The notes: generated by a model not told the origin, from the letters alone. Positions 1 to 13,334 are shown, counted from the first letter of the whole stretch. The stretch: DNA of 63,606 nt, filler included, from Octopus bimaculoides (GCF_001194135.2; 4 parts of 4 records of this genome joined end to end with filler, not necessarily neighbours in it); one strand, 5' to 3'. A program made the numbers and translations.

Positions 1-11
1 ATTATTATTAA

Positions 12-224
12 GGCGGTGAACTGGCAGAATCTTTAGCACGCTGGACGAAATGCTTAGCGGTATTTCGCCCCTCGCTATGTTCTGAGTTCAACTTCCACCG
101 AGGTCGACTCTGCCTTTCCTCTTTACAGAGTCAATAAATTAAGTACCAGTGGAATACTGGGGTCGATGTAATCGACTCATCCCCTCCTCCAAAATGGCTG
201 CTCTTGTGGCAAAATTTGAAACCA
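12..224 (+). mobile_element. tRNA-derived SINE type A (Meta-like central domain)
   Basis: Head GGCGGTGAACTGGCAGAA, B-box-like GTTCAACT, central GCCTTTC..AAGTACCAG..GGGGTCGATGTAATCGACT; flanked by (ATT)n; many copies in the window. Confidence 0.9.
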
Positions 225-242
225 TTATTATTATTATATGAA

Positions 243-1107
243 AACTCACAGCTTATTTTGCTGGGTATGATGGAAAGTGTCAGCTGTCCACAGGTGACGC
301 TTGTTCACTGGTCATACTTCAAGAACTCTGAGAAGAATTCTTGCAGTTCCAAGCAATGCTGATTTTTGTAGGTGTTCTACCTTCATACATGACCCGATCT
401 TTTTCAGCCATGCTGGTAAGCTAAGTGTTGATACTTCCAAATGCACCAATTACTATTGGTATCCCGTCTACTCTTTTCATTGACCACAACCTTCGTATTT
501 TCCACTTTAAATCGTCATAGTTGTTTAGTTTTTCTTCTTCTTTCACATTGATCCTGTTGTCACGGGGTATGCTATGTCGATAATCATATATGTTCTGTCT
601 TTTTTTATTTACAACAACAATATCCGGTTTCCTATGCCTGGTCGAGTGGTCGCACTGGATCATTACATCCCACAGGAATTTGTACTTCTCATATTCGGTG
701 ACTCCTTCTGGGGTTTGTTCATATCACATCTTTGTTCTTTGTAGGCTGTGATTTCCACAGAGCTCTCAATGAATCATTCTTGCCACATTGTCATGGCTTC
801 GTTTGTATTCGCGTCGTGTCAATTTCGGGCATTCGCTAACGATATGCCATACTGTTTCACCCGTTTCACCCGTTTCACCCGTTTCACCCGTTTCACCACA
901 CATTCTGTATTTGTCACTATCGGTAGTGTTGTCAATTCTGCACTTCATATAGTTGGTCCTTAATACTTGTTCCTGAGCTGCGCATATGAGTGCTTCCATC
1001 TCTATCTTCGGGTCACTCCTCCTCATCCATAGTCACCGGTTCTCTGTACCTGTCTTGGCGTTCATATTTCTTGCAAACTGACTGTACATTTTTCCCTTCC
1101 ATGCTTT
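243..1107 (-). mobile_element. R4/Dong-like non-LTR retrotransposon 3' fragment (zinc knuckle plus restriction-like endonuclease), decayed
   Basis: Minus-strand frames give CRMC...WHIVSEC (CCHC), RKPDIVVV, KEEEKLNNYDDL and IPIVIGAFG, typical of the C-terminus of RLE-type LINEs; frameshifted. Confidence 0.9.
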
Positions 1108-1119
1108 TTATTATTATTA

Positions 1120-1183
<64 letters not shown>

Positions 1184-1192
1184 CATTATTAA
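1108..1192. repeat. (ATT)n microsatellite
   Basis: Direct reading. Confidence 0.95.
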
Positions 1193-1316
1193 TTTCTTTC
1201 CAGTCAAGAAGCAGAGCTTCGAATTTCTCTCGCTGTTCAGGCCGGAATACTACAGCCTCCAGCCGACCAAAGCCTCGTCAGTGGATTTCAGAAACGGAAA
1301 CTGAAAGAAAGACGTC

Positions 1317-1351
<35 letters not shown>

Positions 1352-1495
1352 TGTGTGTGTGTATGTGTGTGTTTGTCTTTGCGCCTGTTTTTTCAATCAG
1401 TCTCTTTACTGAACCGCAAAGTTACGTGGGGCGCAAACACAAACAGACACAAAGACACAGACACACACACAAAGATACACACACACATACACACA

Positions 1496-1526
<31 letters not shown>

Positions 1527-1690
1527 GACAGGCTTCTGTCAGTTTCTGTCTACCAAATCTACTCATTGGGCTTTGGTCGGCCCGAGGTTATAATAGATGA
1601 CACTTGCCGAATGTCCCACGCAGTGGGACTGAACCCAGGAACCATGAGGTTGGGAAGCAAACTTCTCACCACACATCACCGTCTGCGTCT
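1527..1690 (-). mobile_element. tRNA-derived SINE type B (CORE-like) head
   Basis: Reverse complement matches the type B head seen at 13335 and 40465; a decayed plus-strand piece lies at about 1205-1319. Confidence 0.85.
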
Positions 1691-3972
1691 ATATTTATAC
1701 TTTTTGTAAATCTTATCGTAAAAGAACGTAGTTTTGTATTCTACACATGTCTTTATGATTAATACATCCTGTACATTTTAATGCTACAAATACACTTGTG
1801 TTTCAATATTTTAGAGATAGTTAATAGTAATCTCAATATTTTTATACGCTTTAATCGTGAACTACTATTCACACATTCATTTAGTAACAATATTGTTTGT
1901 TAGTCAACATTGATAGTCGATCGTTTATATTGCATAAGTGTGCTAAACAAACATTTATATTATCTTTCTTTGGTGAGCTAATTCAATAAAGCAGAGATAT
2001 CCAATCCCACTTTTATTAGCTCGAAGAAGAATTTCAATCAGTAGTGAATGTTAACGAAAAACTAGTTAAGTGAACAAGTATTTATAGTTATAGGTGAAAT
2101 AAGCAACTGAGATTTTGTCACCGATATAACACCTTGCAAGTGAACAGAGTCGTAATATCAAACACTTCATCGTCAAGGCCTGCCACAGCTCCCTATTAAC
2201 GTTAGCTAACAAGAAAATTATATGAAATAATTGTGGAATTAAACCTTCAGAATTCTAAACAAAAACCTCGCAATGCTTACTACTTTCGATCTGCGAGCAT
2301 AGTATCAGCAGGATAGTTAATCAATAAAGTTGCTGGAATGTTAGAATGCAGAACTAAATGTTTTACAGCATCTGATTCATCTCTTTTCTTTCTTTGTTAA
2401 AATATCGCCACCTGGATCGGCTGTATGCAATCTTTAAAGGATCGATAACATTGGCACTAGTTCTTTATTGGAATAATGTGGTATTGGATGGTAGACTTAA
2501 TATATCATCAAGTTTTACACCACTGCTTTTCCCACTCTAATGATAATTTGATATTTTGATGCACTGAATCCGACTTCAGCAACCCATGAGTCGTCGTTTC
2601 TCCATACATTTCCTTTCACCAGTCTTGGAGGTCTTGCAGAAATAATGAACACTCTCTTTCTTCCTTTGATTAAGCCATACAAATGCAAATAAATCAAAAT
2701 GAATAAAATTCTGCGATCACCTTTTTCCTAACGGTAGAAGAAATTGATGTTAAGTGGGTGAGAACTCATGTTATTTCAGGGAGATGATATCTGGATTTTG
2801 TCAGACAATATTTGAACTCTATATTGAATTCTGCCAAACTAAGCTGAATTTAATCGTTCTCTTGTGATGTATTATGGCAAACACAATTAATATTTTGGAG
2901 ATCATGTTACATTGCACCTAATTGTACTTGAGGTTTATAGGAAGGCCAGGTTATATTCTTCCCCAGTAAAGCAACTCACACCTCTATTCAAAAGACAATT
3001 CCATTCGCATAGATTATAATTCCAGAGTTAGTGTCAAACAATAAGGATATATTTTCACTCTTTAGAAAATACCAAAAATTAGTGACGAGTAAAGAAAAAG
3101 TGGATGGGATTTTTTTTGTTAGTTTCACGGTGTTCAGCTGAAATATATGGTCAGCAATTCTTTTGAACAGTAATTGCAACATCGGTTTTAAGATCTAATT
3201 ATTGAAATAAATATGGGTTAAAAATAGAAAACTTTACTTGGCTGAAAGGTGGGGGGGGGGTAAACTGATAGAAACGGTTGACTACTACACTAAATGTCTC
3301 ATTACATAAGTAATGATTTCAAATTCTGCTCTGAGGGCGATGAAGCAAATACAGGTGTCATTTCAACGGGCTGTACTTTTCTACAAACCTGCATTCTTGT
3401 AGTAATTTAAGAAATTTGACCACAATTTAATTGACCATCAATTTTTGAATTTTCATTCCTCGGATAAAAATAATTTGTATAGTGTAAAAATCTGGATTTA
3501 AAAGTAAAACCTATTTTTCTATATTTTAACTTATACTTTATAATTTTCGTTATAATTTCGCATGATTTTATGGACGATGAACATATAGTCGCATTATATA
3601 TACATCTGGCAATACTCTATGTACAAATATTTCAAGAATATTAACAGCACAATCTTGTGTGATCACATATAACAATCATATATCTATTGAGTACATAACG
3701 TAATAACGACATTTAAACTATGACCATGAATATTTTAAAACAATTTATAAGTAGAAGGAAGAAACCTCTGAACGTTTTGAAAATATATTTTAGGAAAATT
3801 ATTGCTGTTGATAAAGAATAAAAAGTTTTGAATGGTACAACAATGCACTATAATACAAAAATGGACTATATACTTGTAATTTAGTTATCTATAGTCCGAT
3901 GATATTTCGGAATACAATTCTTTCTTCAGATTTTCTTAGATGGAGTCTCTGTTATAAACTGTTTACTAACGT

Positions 3973-4027
3973 CTTTTCTTTTTTTTCCGGAAGTGACGCA
4001 GTAGTGGTCTCACGAAGCTCCTTCCGG
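3973..4027 (+). promoter_or_regulatory. Candidate core promoter: ETS-CRE composite CCGGAAGTGACGCA plus a second inverted ETS site
   Basis: CCGGAAGTGACGCA at 3987-4000, CTTCCGG at 4021-4027, T-rich tract immediately upstream, local CpG enrichment in AT-rich DNA. Confidence 0.55.
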
Positions 4028-6461
4028 AATTCCCCATGAGAAGTGTGTGAGGTCGGCTGTTTCAATCTCGTGTGTTTTTGGTATATCTGTAGCGCTGCTT
4101 CTAAGTTATGTGTTATACGTGCAGCTTCTCATTTTTTTTTGTTATAAACAATACATGAACATTTTATTAAGAATGAACCTACACGCACCCAGATGTAGCT
4201 AAATAATATATTGATTACCAATCTCCTAGTCTGTGTATGAGTAATGCTTCCTTAATTCTTAAATTACCCAAATTTCTTTCATTGTCCTCAATTGTTGCTG
4301 TTTTAAACTAACAGATTTGTTACGCTCGACAGAAAACATTGCAATAAAAATATTTCTGAAAATATAATGGACAAACAAATATTACTTTTTAAAATAAATA
4401 AGACAAAGTGAGAAAATTATTCCACGTGGATTCAAGAAACCAGAAAGTACTTTTAGGCCTAACTCTCAGCGTTTCAAATTCAAATGCTAGCTAATACATA
4501 GAAATTTTGTATAACTGGTTGATTTTTATGTTTACCTGTATGTGCTATATTTATTTCAATATATATATATAAATGTAAAAGATATGAACATATTTTCTTC
4601 CTGAAAATATTTTGTTTCGCCGAACCCTTCATGGACTACTGCCTTCAATAACAACACTGAATATGAGTTAAAAATTGGGAATTATTAATGAATCCCACAT
4701 CAGACCCTAAATTGGTTTCGTTTAACTGATCAAGAGATTAATATTATAATCAAGAGGTATAAGAGGAGTTGAAAGATGGCGTTTGAACTCGAAAAGTGAG
4801 GTTTTGACCCAGTTACAATAACTACCAATTCTGGAATTTTTCTGCCTTTGACAAAATAATGTTTGACTCAAAACTTTATGTCAGTAGTTGTAAATCAAAT
4901 GTAAATCAATGCGAATATTTAGTTTCAAGGTAGTGAATAAAAAGATAAACATTAGCACTTGAAAGATGCATCTGTAAAAGAACAAAGTTTCTTACTACAA
5001 TGAAACAAGAATCATGTTTATGACTATTTCTGCTGTGAATTTTGTTGTGTAAAGTTAAACATACAAGCCAAAATATTGGAATCAGTAAGACGGAAATAAA
5101 ACGTTCTTACTTCTATGGATAAGTGTACTTTGAATATAAGAAATTGTCTGTTTATTATAAACAAGCTAGATGTATAAATGCATTCCCTGGTGGTAAGTAG
5201 AAGGATAACATGCGTAGCTGTCCTCGTATCGAAACGGTTGAAATAAGTATTCAAATTTATTTCCTATCGTTCCTATAGAGTGTTTAAGACGTACGAAAAT
5301 CATTTATGCATCTTTTGTTTCAACTGACTTCGGTTTTATAATAACTGATAAAGAACACTTAGTGTCTATTTCAAATGAGTGGGATTTCATACGGCTATAA
5401 AAAGTTTCTCTTATAAGCATCTACTTTCAACGTTTAAATATTTATAAGCTTCCTGCAGCTTTTTATTTTATTGGGACTTCGATTTCAACACTTAAGACAA
5501 TCAAACACAAAAATGTGAAAACTCTTTTGCAGAAGACGAAATGTAGTTGCTTATATCAGATTACAAATAACGTTTATACAAAATAAAAACAGTTTTGATT
5601 GAATAATTCGGTAAAATCTTATAAATAATGATCGTTAGGCCGCGATATCAATATCTATATATGTAACCATACTCTAAACAACAGTCATTCCCAAATCTTA
5701 GTAATCTCTTAAATCTTTGCATTCTAATATATTTTAATAAAAATGTTGCTGTTATTTACATTTTGAACTCCATCTTTGCTCGAAACACACGACCTACTCT
5801 CTAATGCAGCCACCACCTCTTTGTCTCTAACTTTAAAATTGTATTCACCTTATCACTCTATTTTACGCTGAATTTCACTGTAATGACAATTATAATTTTA
5901 AAATCAGGAAGGAAAGATTCACGATTTGTATAGAGAACATATTAAAGACATCACACTTCACTCATAACTTTTCGTATAAATGTGTAAAAGTTATTAAATG
6001 CTCTGAAGTTGTTTCGCTATATTTTCGTTCCCTTTGCATATTCTATTTCATGTTTCGATATAAATATTGGTACATATTTTCATCATGTTTAAAAGTTATT
6101 TCGCTATATTTTCCTTTTCTTTTCATATTTCACAATTTTATAATTTTCAAGCTTTCTTTAATAATTAAAAAAGTACGCACAGGTCAATCTATTTCTTTAT
6201 ATAAATGAATACTGTGTTGAATTCGACTTTGAATATCAACGTGACTCTCAACTGTTAAGTTTTCTTAATTTGGTGAATAAACTATTTCAGGAATTCGCTA
6301 TCAGTAACTAACATTTTTGATTCCTCCTAATGGATAAGCTCGAAACATCGGGTACTAAAATACTACAACTAGGAACCGAAATTCAGTTTGCCTTGTGTTA
6401 TTTGTCTGAAAATACAATCCGTTTATAATTGCCTATTGTCGATAATAAAAAAGAACATTGT

Positions 6462-7190
6462 AACTTTCAGTGCTGGCTCTAATTTCAATAAAACATCTGT
6501 AAAGATAACTTTAAAAGTTGATTGAATAACGTTGCTAACACTGGTGAGACACAGTATTGACTTGTAAGCCTTTAATATACTTGGTAGTATATTATAATTT
6601 GTAATGAAATGTGATATCCCTACCAGCAATTAATATATATGCACCTGTTGTGAGGAATGTGTTTAATATATAAAATGGTATATTCAATTGTGCTACACCG
6701 GTAAATTTAGTGGTTATTTAAGCAATGTGTTCGTGGATAAGTCAATGGGTTGGATGTGGCGCCGAAGAAGCAGCAAAATCTTCCGAAATATGCATATACA
6801 CGCATTACCAAGTTTTCTGTTTTCGATCATATTATTTACATAGACGTATTGGTATATGAAACATCGGAACTTTCAGTGCTGGTTTTAATTTCTATAAAAA
6901 ATCTGTAAAGATAACTTTAAAAAGTGATTTAATAGCACTGCTAAAACATGTGGGACACAATATTGACTTATAAGCCTTTAATATATTTGGTTGCATAGAA
7001 TGGTTGTATAAAGTTAATATATACGTACTAGTTGCCAGGAATGTGTTTAATATGTAAAATTGGTATGTCCAATTGTGTTACCCCGCTAAATTTAGCGGCT
7101 ATTTAAGCAATGTGTTCGTGGATGATTAATGGGTTGAATCTAGTGCTGAAGAAGTAGCTAGAACATTTGAAGGATGCAATTCATATATAC
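6462..7190 (+). repeat. Diverged tandem duplication of about 330 bp (6462-6797 and 6868-7190)
   Basis: Shared blocks AACTTTCAGTGCTGG, CTGTAAAGATAACTTTAAAA, TATTGACTT.TAAGCCTTTAATATA, GGAATGTGTTTAATAT, ATTTAAGCAATGTGTTCGTGGAT. Confidence 0.9.
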
Positions 7191-7192
7191 GT

Positions 7193-7227
<35 letters not shown>

Positions 7228-9082
7228 CATATACATATAAATATACACACGCACATATATATATGCATAAATATATGCACATATATATATACATACATAC
7301 ATACACACACACATACACACACACACATATATATACACATTTATATACATACAATACACACACTTAATGACATTTTCGTGTCTAAAAAGGAAGTGACTAT
7401 GTAAAGCGAATCTTGACGTTGCAACACATTGCTTCCTGTCTGTGTTCAGCAATTTAAAGTGAGAGCCAGTCAGTGCATCCGATCAACGCTTTACGCCTGA
7501 AGGTGTGGTCATAGTAGCTCAGCTGCGGTAAGATGACTGCAGTTACCAGCAAGCTATAGATTATACATTGGAGTGGCCTTACAGGGCTGGAGAGCTCCTC
7601 CTACCCTGGTGTTGGAGGAAGTATGTCAACGAGCGCATCTGAGAGATACCACACTTTGATTTGCTGTCAAGCTTGACATCCCTAGGTTGTTAATAAACCT
7701 AGAGAAGAGACTATAACAGAGTCCCGGCTAGTACTCCTTGTCAGAGTAGAGATGTCAACTAAAAGGTGATGGTTTCACATTTCTCAGAACTCTGGAACTA
7801 CCAAATCAGTGCCCCACTATCGGATGTAGTTTAAAGTCATACGTAGGATGCACACACACATGCACACATTCATACACACATACACACGCACACACACACA
7901 TATATGTGTGTTTTTGCGTGTGTGTGTATATATACATATCTATACATATACATACATATATGTGTATGTGCATACGCATATATATATATATATATTTACA
8001 CAAACACACACACACACATATATATATAATTGAAAACTAAGAGGAGAATGGAGATTTATTCACATCCAAAACTTTCTATTAGTTTTCTACAGCATATATA
8101 TATATATAACAATGACCAACATATGTTTCTACTGCAGCAACTGCACATTGCTCTGTATGCAAATATGCATCCCAGTTGCTGCGATTTCATGAAGGGTCCA
8201 TCATTTACGACATTTTCAATGTCAACTAATTCAAACAAGCTTCCTGTGCTGGTATTCAGTTGAAGGTGATAGCGCTACTTCGTGAATCGAATTGAATTCT
8301 GGTCTTATAATCACCTCTACTGTTATTATAGTTGAATCCTGGTTCTAAAATGTTCATTTTCATTACAGTGAATTGTAGCAGTTTTGTACAATTTATTATT
8401 TCGGCTTCCCTTTCTAATTTATATTTACATATTGATAAGGTGTATGTTTGTTTTATTTATTCATTTACCTATTTGCTATGAGCGATAGTTCATAACATTG
8501 CTATTTATATAGGTAAAAAAAAACAGTAAATTGTTTGGATATTTAATATCCTTTAGGTGGTTATTTAGCACCTAACTAAATTTTTATCCTTCATATATAT
8601 ATATATATATANNNNNNNNNNNNNNNNNNNNNNNNNNNNNNNNNNNNNNNNNNNNNNNNNNNNNNNNNNNNNNNNNNNNNNNNNNNNNNNNNNNNNNNNN
8701 NNNNNNNNNNNNNNNNNNNNNNNNNNNNNNNNNNNNNNNNNNNNNNNNNNNNNNNNNNNNNNNNNNNNNNNNNNNNNNNNNNNNNNNNNNNNNNNNNNNN
8801 NNNNNNNNNNNNNNNNNNNNNNNNNNNNNNNNNNNNNNNNNNNNNNNNNNNNNNNNNNNNNNNNNNNNNNNNNNNNNNNNNNNNNNNNNNNNNNNNNNNN
8901 NNNNNNNNNNNNNNNNNNNNNNNNNNNNNNNNNNNNNNNNNNNNNNNNNNNNNNNNNNNNNNNNNNNNNNNNNNNNNNNNNNNNNNNNNNNNNNNNNNNN
9001 NNNNNNNNNNNNNNNNNNNNNNNNNNNNNNNNNNNNNNNNNNNNNNNNNNNNNNNNNNATATATATATATATATATATAATT

Positions 9083-10725
9083 AAAATAAGCAACAGGATA
9101 TCAAGTAGTAATGCAGTAGACCGTTTCAAGCAGCTCTATTCAATTGAACAATGCAATCATTATATCAATTTAAATGCAGTGCCATCTTCAAGTGTACAAA
9201 TAAATAAATGGAATTTTAACAAGTAGATAATTTTTCTTAAATATTTTAACAAACCAAGAAGGTGGGAGAAATTCATGTTGGAGTCATAGGGTTTTAAGGG
9301 TTGTAATTCATTCATTTCTAATTCATTTATCTCTTTGTCAACTACTAAATTTAAGATTACATGACTGTGTCTGTTTTGAATAACGGACAAGAATGAGTTG
9401 ACAGCTCATGGCTAATTATGGTCATAAATATTATCATATGTATCCCTTTTTTTCAGGGAGGAAATAAGACATTAGGAGTAGTCAGTTTATAGTGGTAGTA
9501 ACTGTTTATAAAAAGAGGCAGGATAGCGGTAGAATTTAGATCATTATGTTAATTACCAGTTAAAGGGGCTGGTCGTTAAGAAATCTAAGATGTTAATACA
9601 GAAGAAATTTTATTTAGGGGCACTATGGAGGAATGTTTATAAACAATATTGTTATGTTGTATAAAAATAAAATTTAAGAATTTCAAAAATGATATCATCA
9701 CCAAAATAGGTAGAAGGTGTGTATATATCAATTATAAACATTAAAAAGGAAGATTACATTGAATCAGTTTAATATCTATTCGTGTACTTAATTAATTACT
9801 TATTAGGTGGTTTCTATAAATACTGCTCAAGACACTTATATATGGAATAACTGGAAAGATATACATACTATCTATCAATTTCAAGCCACGAATCAGAAAA
9901 GTGTAAAAATGCATACAGATACACACACACATATATACGTGCATATATGCATATATACACATACACAAATATTTATACGTTTATATGGATATAGTATAAA
10001 TATCTCGCTTCAACTTAAGTAACTGAAAAATATTAATTTAAGAACAAGTAAAATAACAATTTATAAGGAGTAAGAGGTTAATAAGTAAGGATATCGAAAT
10101 AAGAATTTACAGAAAATGATAAGAAATACGTATAACTTACATATAAAGAAACGGGATTAAAATTAGAGGAAAGGAAAAGATAAAAGTAACCCGAAAAGAG
10201 GAGTAATAGGTATGGAAGTAGTTGTAATGTTGCAGGTGTATGTATAATTTTATAGTTTCTAGGGGGTATATGATATAGTCGAAAGGAGACTTACATAAAG
10301 TCACTACAAGTATACATAATATGATCAGAAGGGTAGAATATCATAGAAAGGAAAATAGTTTAATCGCCAAAATAGGATGAAGTCAGACTAACTAGACAGG
10401 GGTTATCATGGGAAAATATTACACACAGAACACCAAATACCACAACACATAGCGTATAACATATGTAATACAAATTTACCATATAACATAATATCCCTTG
10501 ATTTTTTTTAATATTGGAGGGTAAGTTTACAACATATACGACACCAAAATTAATTTCCACCATCAAAGTTCAAGTATGGTAACTATAATCGCTAGTTTCG
10601 AAAATACTTAAATGTACGGGTGACGCTATGCATGCATGATACTCTTAGGTCTAATCTATTATTAATCAGGCTTTCTTGTCCCTATACTTAAAAATCTCAA
10701 CGTAAGTACCTAATTCAACTGAATC
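9083..10725 (-). mobile_element. Heavily decayed element, possibly Penelope-like internal sequence
   Basis: Minus frame with YFGDDIIF (RT YxDD-like), INILDFL, and a C-terminal ELQPLKPYDSN loosely like PLE GIY-YIG ends; its ends are collinear with the short element at 48913-49173. Confidence 0.35.
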
Positions 10726-10727
10726 TC

Positions 10728-10808
<81 letters not shown>

Positions 10809-10809
<1 letters not shown>

Positions 10810-11303
10810 AAACGTGTAGTAAATAGACATACGAACATATACTAAATACACATACGAACGGAAAGCACGAAAGGTCACCAACTCTTCTTCAGTTATCGAC
10901 CAGATGGCTGAGCGCAATTTCGGCCATTCTCATTACATTACTCCCACTCTGGATGCACAGGCAAAAAACTTGCCGGAAATGGGACCAAGACAAAACAAAG
11001 CGAGACGAGAGACAAGACAATAAACAGAATAAAGGCTAAGGGCCACACGAAGACAACAATTAAAATGATAATACATATACAGCAAAAAAGCCTTAGGGAT
11101 GCAAGACAAGACAAAAATGTGTAAAGCGAACGAGAAATTAAAAACTGTCCTAAAGGACCATAGAGACGGGAGTGGGGTAGGGCCAGGAGCTCAGAAAATC
11201 GTGACCAGTCCACATGAAGGCAATGCAAAAAAGAACCACACCGCTTTAGGCCGTCACGAATCACGTGATAGTGGCAGGAGGTTAACAGAGAAAGTCAGAC
11301 AGT

Positions 11304-11377
<74 letters not shown>

Positions 11378-11548
11378 AAGAAAGAAAAATAAGAGAAGCA
11401 AAGTAAAGAAGAGACGTGACGCAAAAATATTCGAAGAATATTTCTACAAATGGGTAAAAACAAGTAATGAGTGCGTGCGTTACATAAATAATATTTTCAG
11501 AGTTAAATAAAAAGACAATAAACGGAAAATATGACATACCTGTGTGTA
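10809..11548. repeat. Long direct repeat, copy 1 (about 740 bp, internal (AG)n)
   Basis: Aligns end to end with 12575-13320 (CGTGTAGTAAATAGACATACGAACATATAC ... GGAAAATATGACATACCTGTG). Confidence 0.9.
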
Positions 11549-11577
11549 TATATATACACATACATATATACATACAT

Positions 11578-11609
<32 letters not shown>

Positions 11610-11614
11610 GCACG

Positions 11615-11649
<35 letters not shown>

Positions 11650-12574
11650 NNNNNNNNNNNNNNNNNNNNNNNNNNNNNNNNNNNNNNNNNNNNNNNNNNN
11701 NNNNNNNNNNNNNNNNNNNNNNNNNNNNNNNNNNNNNNNNNNNNNNNNNNNNNNNNNNNNNNNNNNNNNNNNNNNNNNNNNNNNNNNNNNNNNNNNNNNN
11801 NNNNNNNNNNNNNNNNNNNNNNNNNNNNNNNNNNNNNNNNNNNNNNNNNNNNNNNNNNNNNNNNNNNNNNNNNNNNNNNNNNNNNNNNNNNNNNNNNNNN
11901 NNNNNNNNNNNNNNNNNNNNNNNNNNNNNNNNNNNNNNNNNNNNNNNNNNNNNNNNNNNNNNNNNNNNNNNNNNNNNNNNNNNNNNNNNNNNNNNNNNNN
12001 NNNNNNNNNNNNNNNNNNNNNNNNNNNNNNNNNNNNNNNNNNNNNNNNNNNNNNNNNNNNNNNNNNNNNNNNNNNNNNNNNNNNNNNNNNNNNNNNNNNN
12101 NNNNNNNNNNNNNNNNNNNNNNNNNNNNNNNNNNNNNNNNNNNNNNNNNNNNNNNNNNNNNNNNNNNNNNNNNNNNNNNNNNNNNNNNNNNNNNNNNNNN
12201 NNNNNNNNNNNNNNNNNNNNNNNNNNNNNNNNNNNNNNNNNNNNNNNNNNNNNNNNNNNNNNNNNNNNNNNNNNNNNNNNNNNNNNNNNNNNNNNNNNNN
12301 NNNNNNNNNNNNNNNNNNNNNNNNNNNNNNNNNNNNNNNNNNNNNNNNNNNNNNNNNNNNNNNNNNNNNNNNNNNNNNNNNNNNNNNNNNNNNNNNNNNN
12401 NNNNNNNNNNNNNNNNNNNNNNNNNNNNNNNNNNNNNNNNNNNNNNNNNNNNNNNNNNNNNNNNNNNNNNNNNNNNNNNNNNNNNNNNNNNNNNNNNNNN
12501 NNNNNNNNNNNNNNNNNNNNNNNNNNNNNATATATGTGTGTGTGTGTGTATGTCTGTATGTATATAATAAAAAA

Positions 12575-13116
12575 AAAACGTGTAGTAAATAGACATACGA
12601 ACATATACTAAATACACAGACGAACGGAAAACACGGAAGGTCGCCAATTCCTCTTCAGTAGTCAGTCAGAGGGTCAAGCGCAATTTCGGCCACTATCGAT
12701 AATACTGATTCCAGTCTGGAGGCACAGGCAAGAAACTTGCCGGAATTGGGACCAAAACAAAACAAAGCAAGACGAAGGAGAAGATAATAAGCAAAATACG
12801 AAGACAACAATTAAAATGATAATATATATAGAGCAAAAAAAAGCCTTAGGGCGGCAAGATAAGACAAAAATGTGTAACGCGAAGGAGAAATGGAAAACTG
12901 TCCTAAAGGGCTAGAAAGGCGGGAGTGGAATAGAGCGAGGAGCTCAGAAAATCGGGACTAGTCCGGTCGAAGACAATGCGAAAANNNNNNNNNNNNNNNN
13001 NNNNNNNNNNNNNNNNNNNNNNNNNNNNNNNNNNNNNNNNNNNNNNNNNNNNNNNNNNNNNNNNNNNNNNNNNNNNNNNNNNNNNNNNNNNNNNNNNNNN
13101 NNNNNNNNNNNNNNNN

Positions 13117-13166
<50 letters not shown>

Positions 13167-13320
13167 AAAATAAAGGAAGCAACATAAAGTAATGAGACAG
13201 AGTGGCACGAAAATATTCGAAGAATATTTCTACAAATGGGTAAAAAAGTAATGAGTGCGTGCGTTAAATGATATTTTCAGAATTAAAAAGACAACAAACG
13301 GAAAATATGACATACCTGTG
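12575..13320. repeat. Long direct repeat, copy 2 (contains an N gap)
   Basis: Diverged copy of 10809-11548 in the same orientation. Confidence 0.9.
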
Positions 13321-13334
13321 TATATATATGTTTA

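Noticed and set aside
9130-10700. Possible mitochondrial insertion suggested by strand skew
   Set aside because: No recognisable cox, cob, nad or rRNA motifs in my translations
12630-12660. CTGAAGA followed by a hairpin in both long direct repeats (also about 10870-10900), minus strand
   Set aside because: Both copies have CGTG where the hammerhead needs CGAAA, so the catalytic core is incomplete
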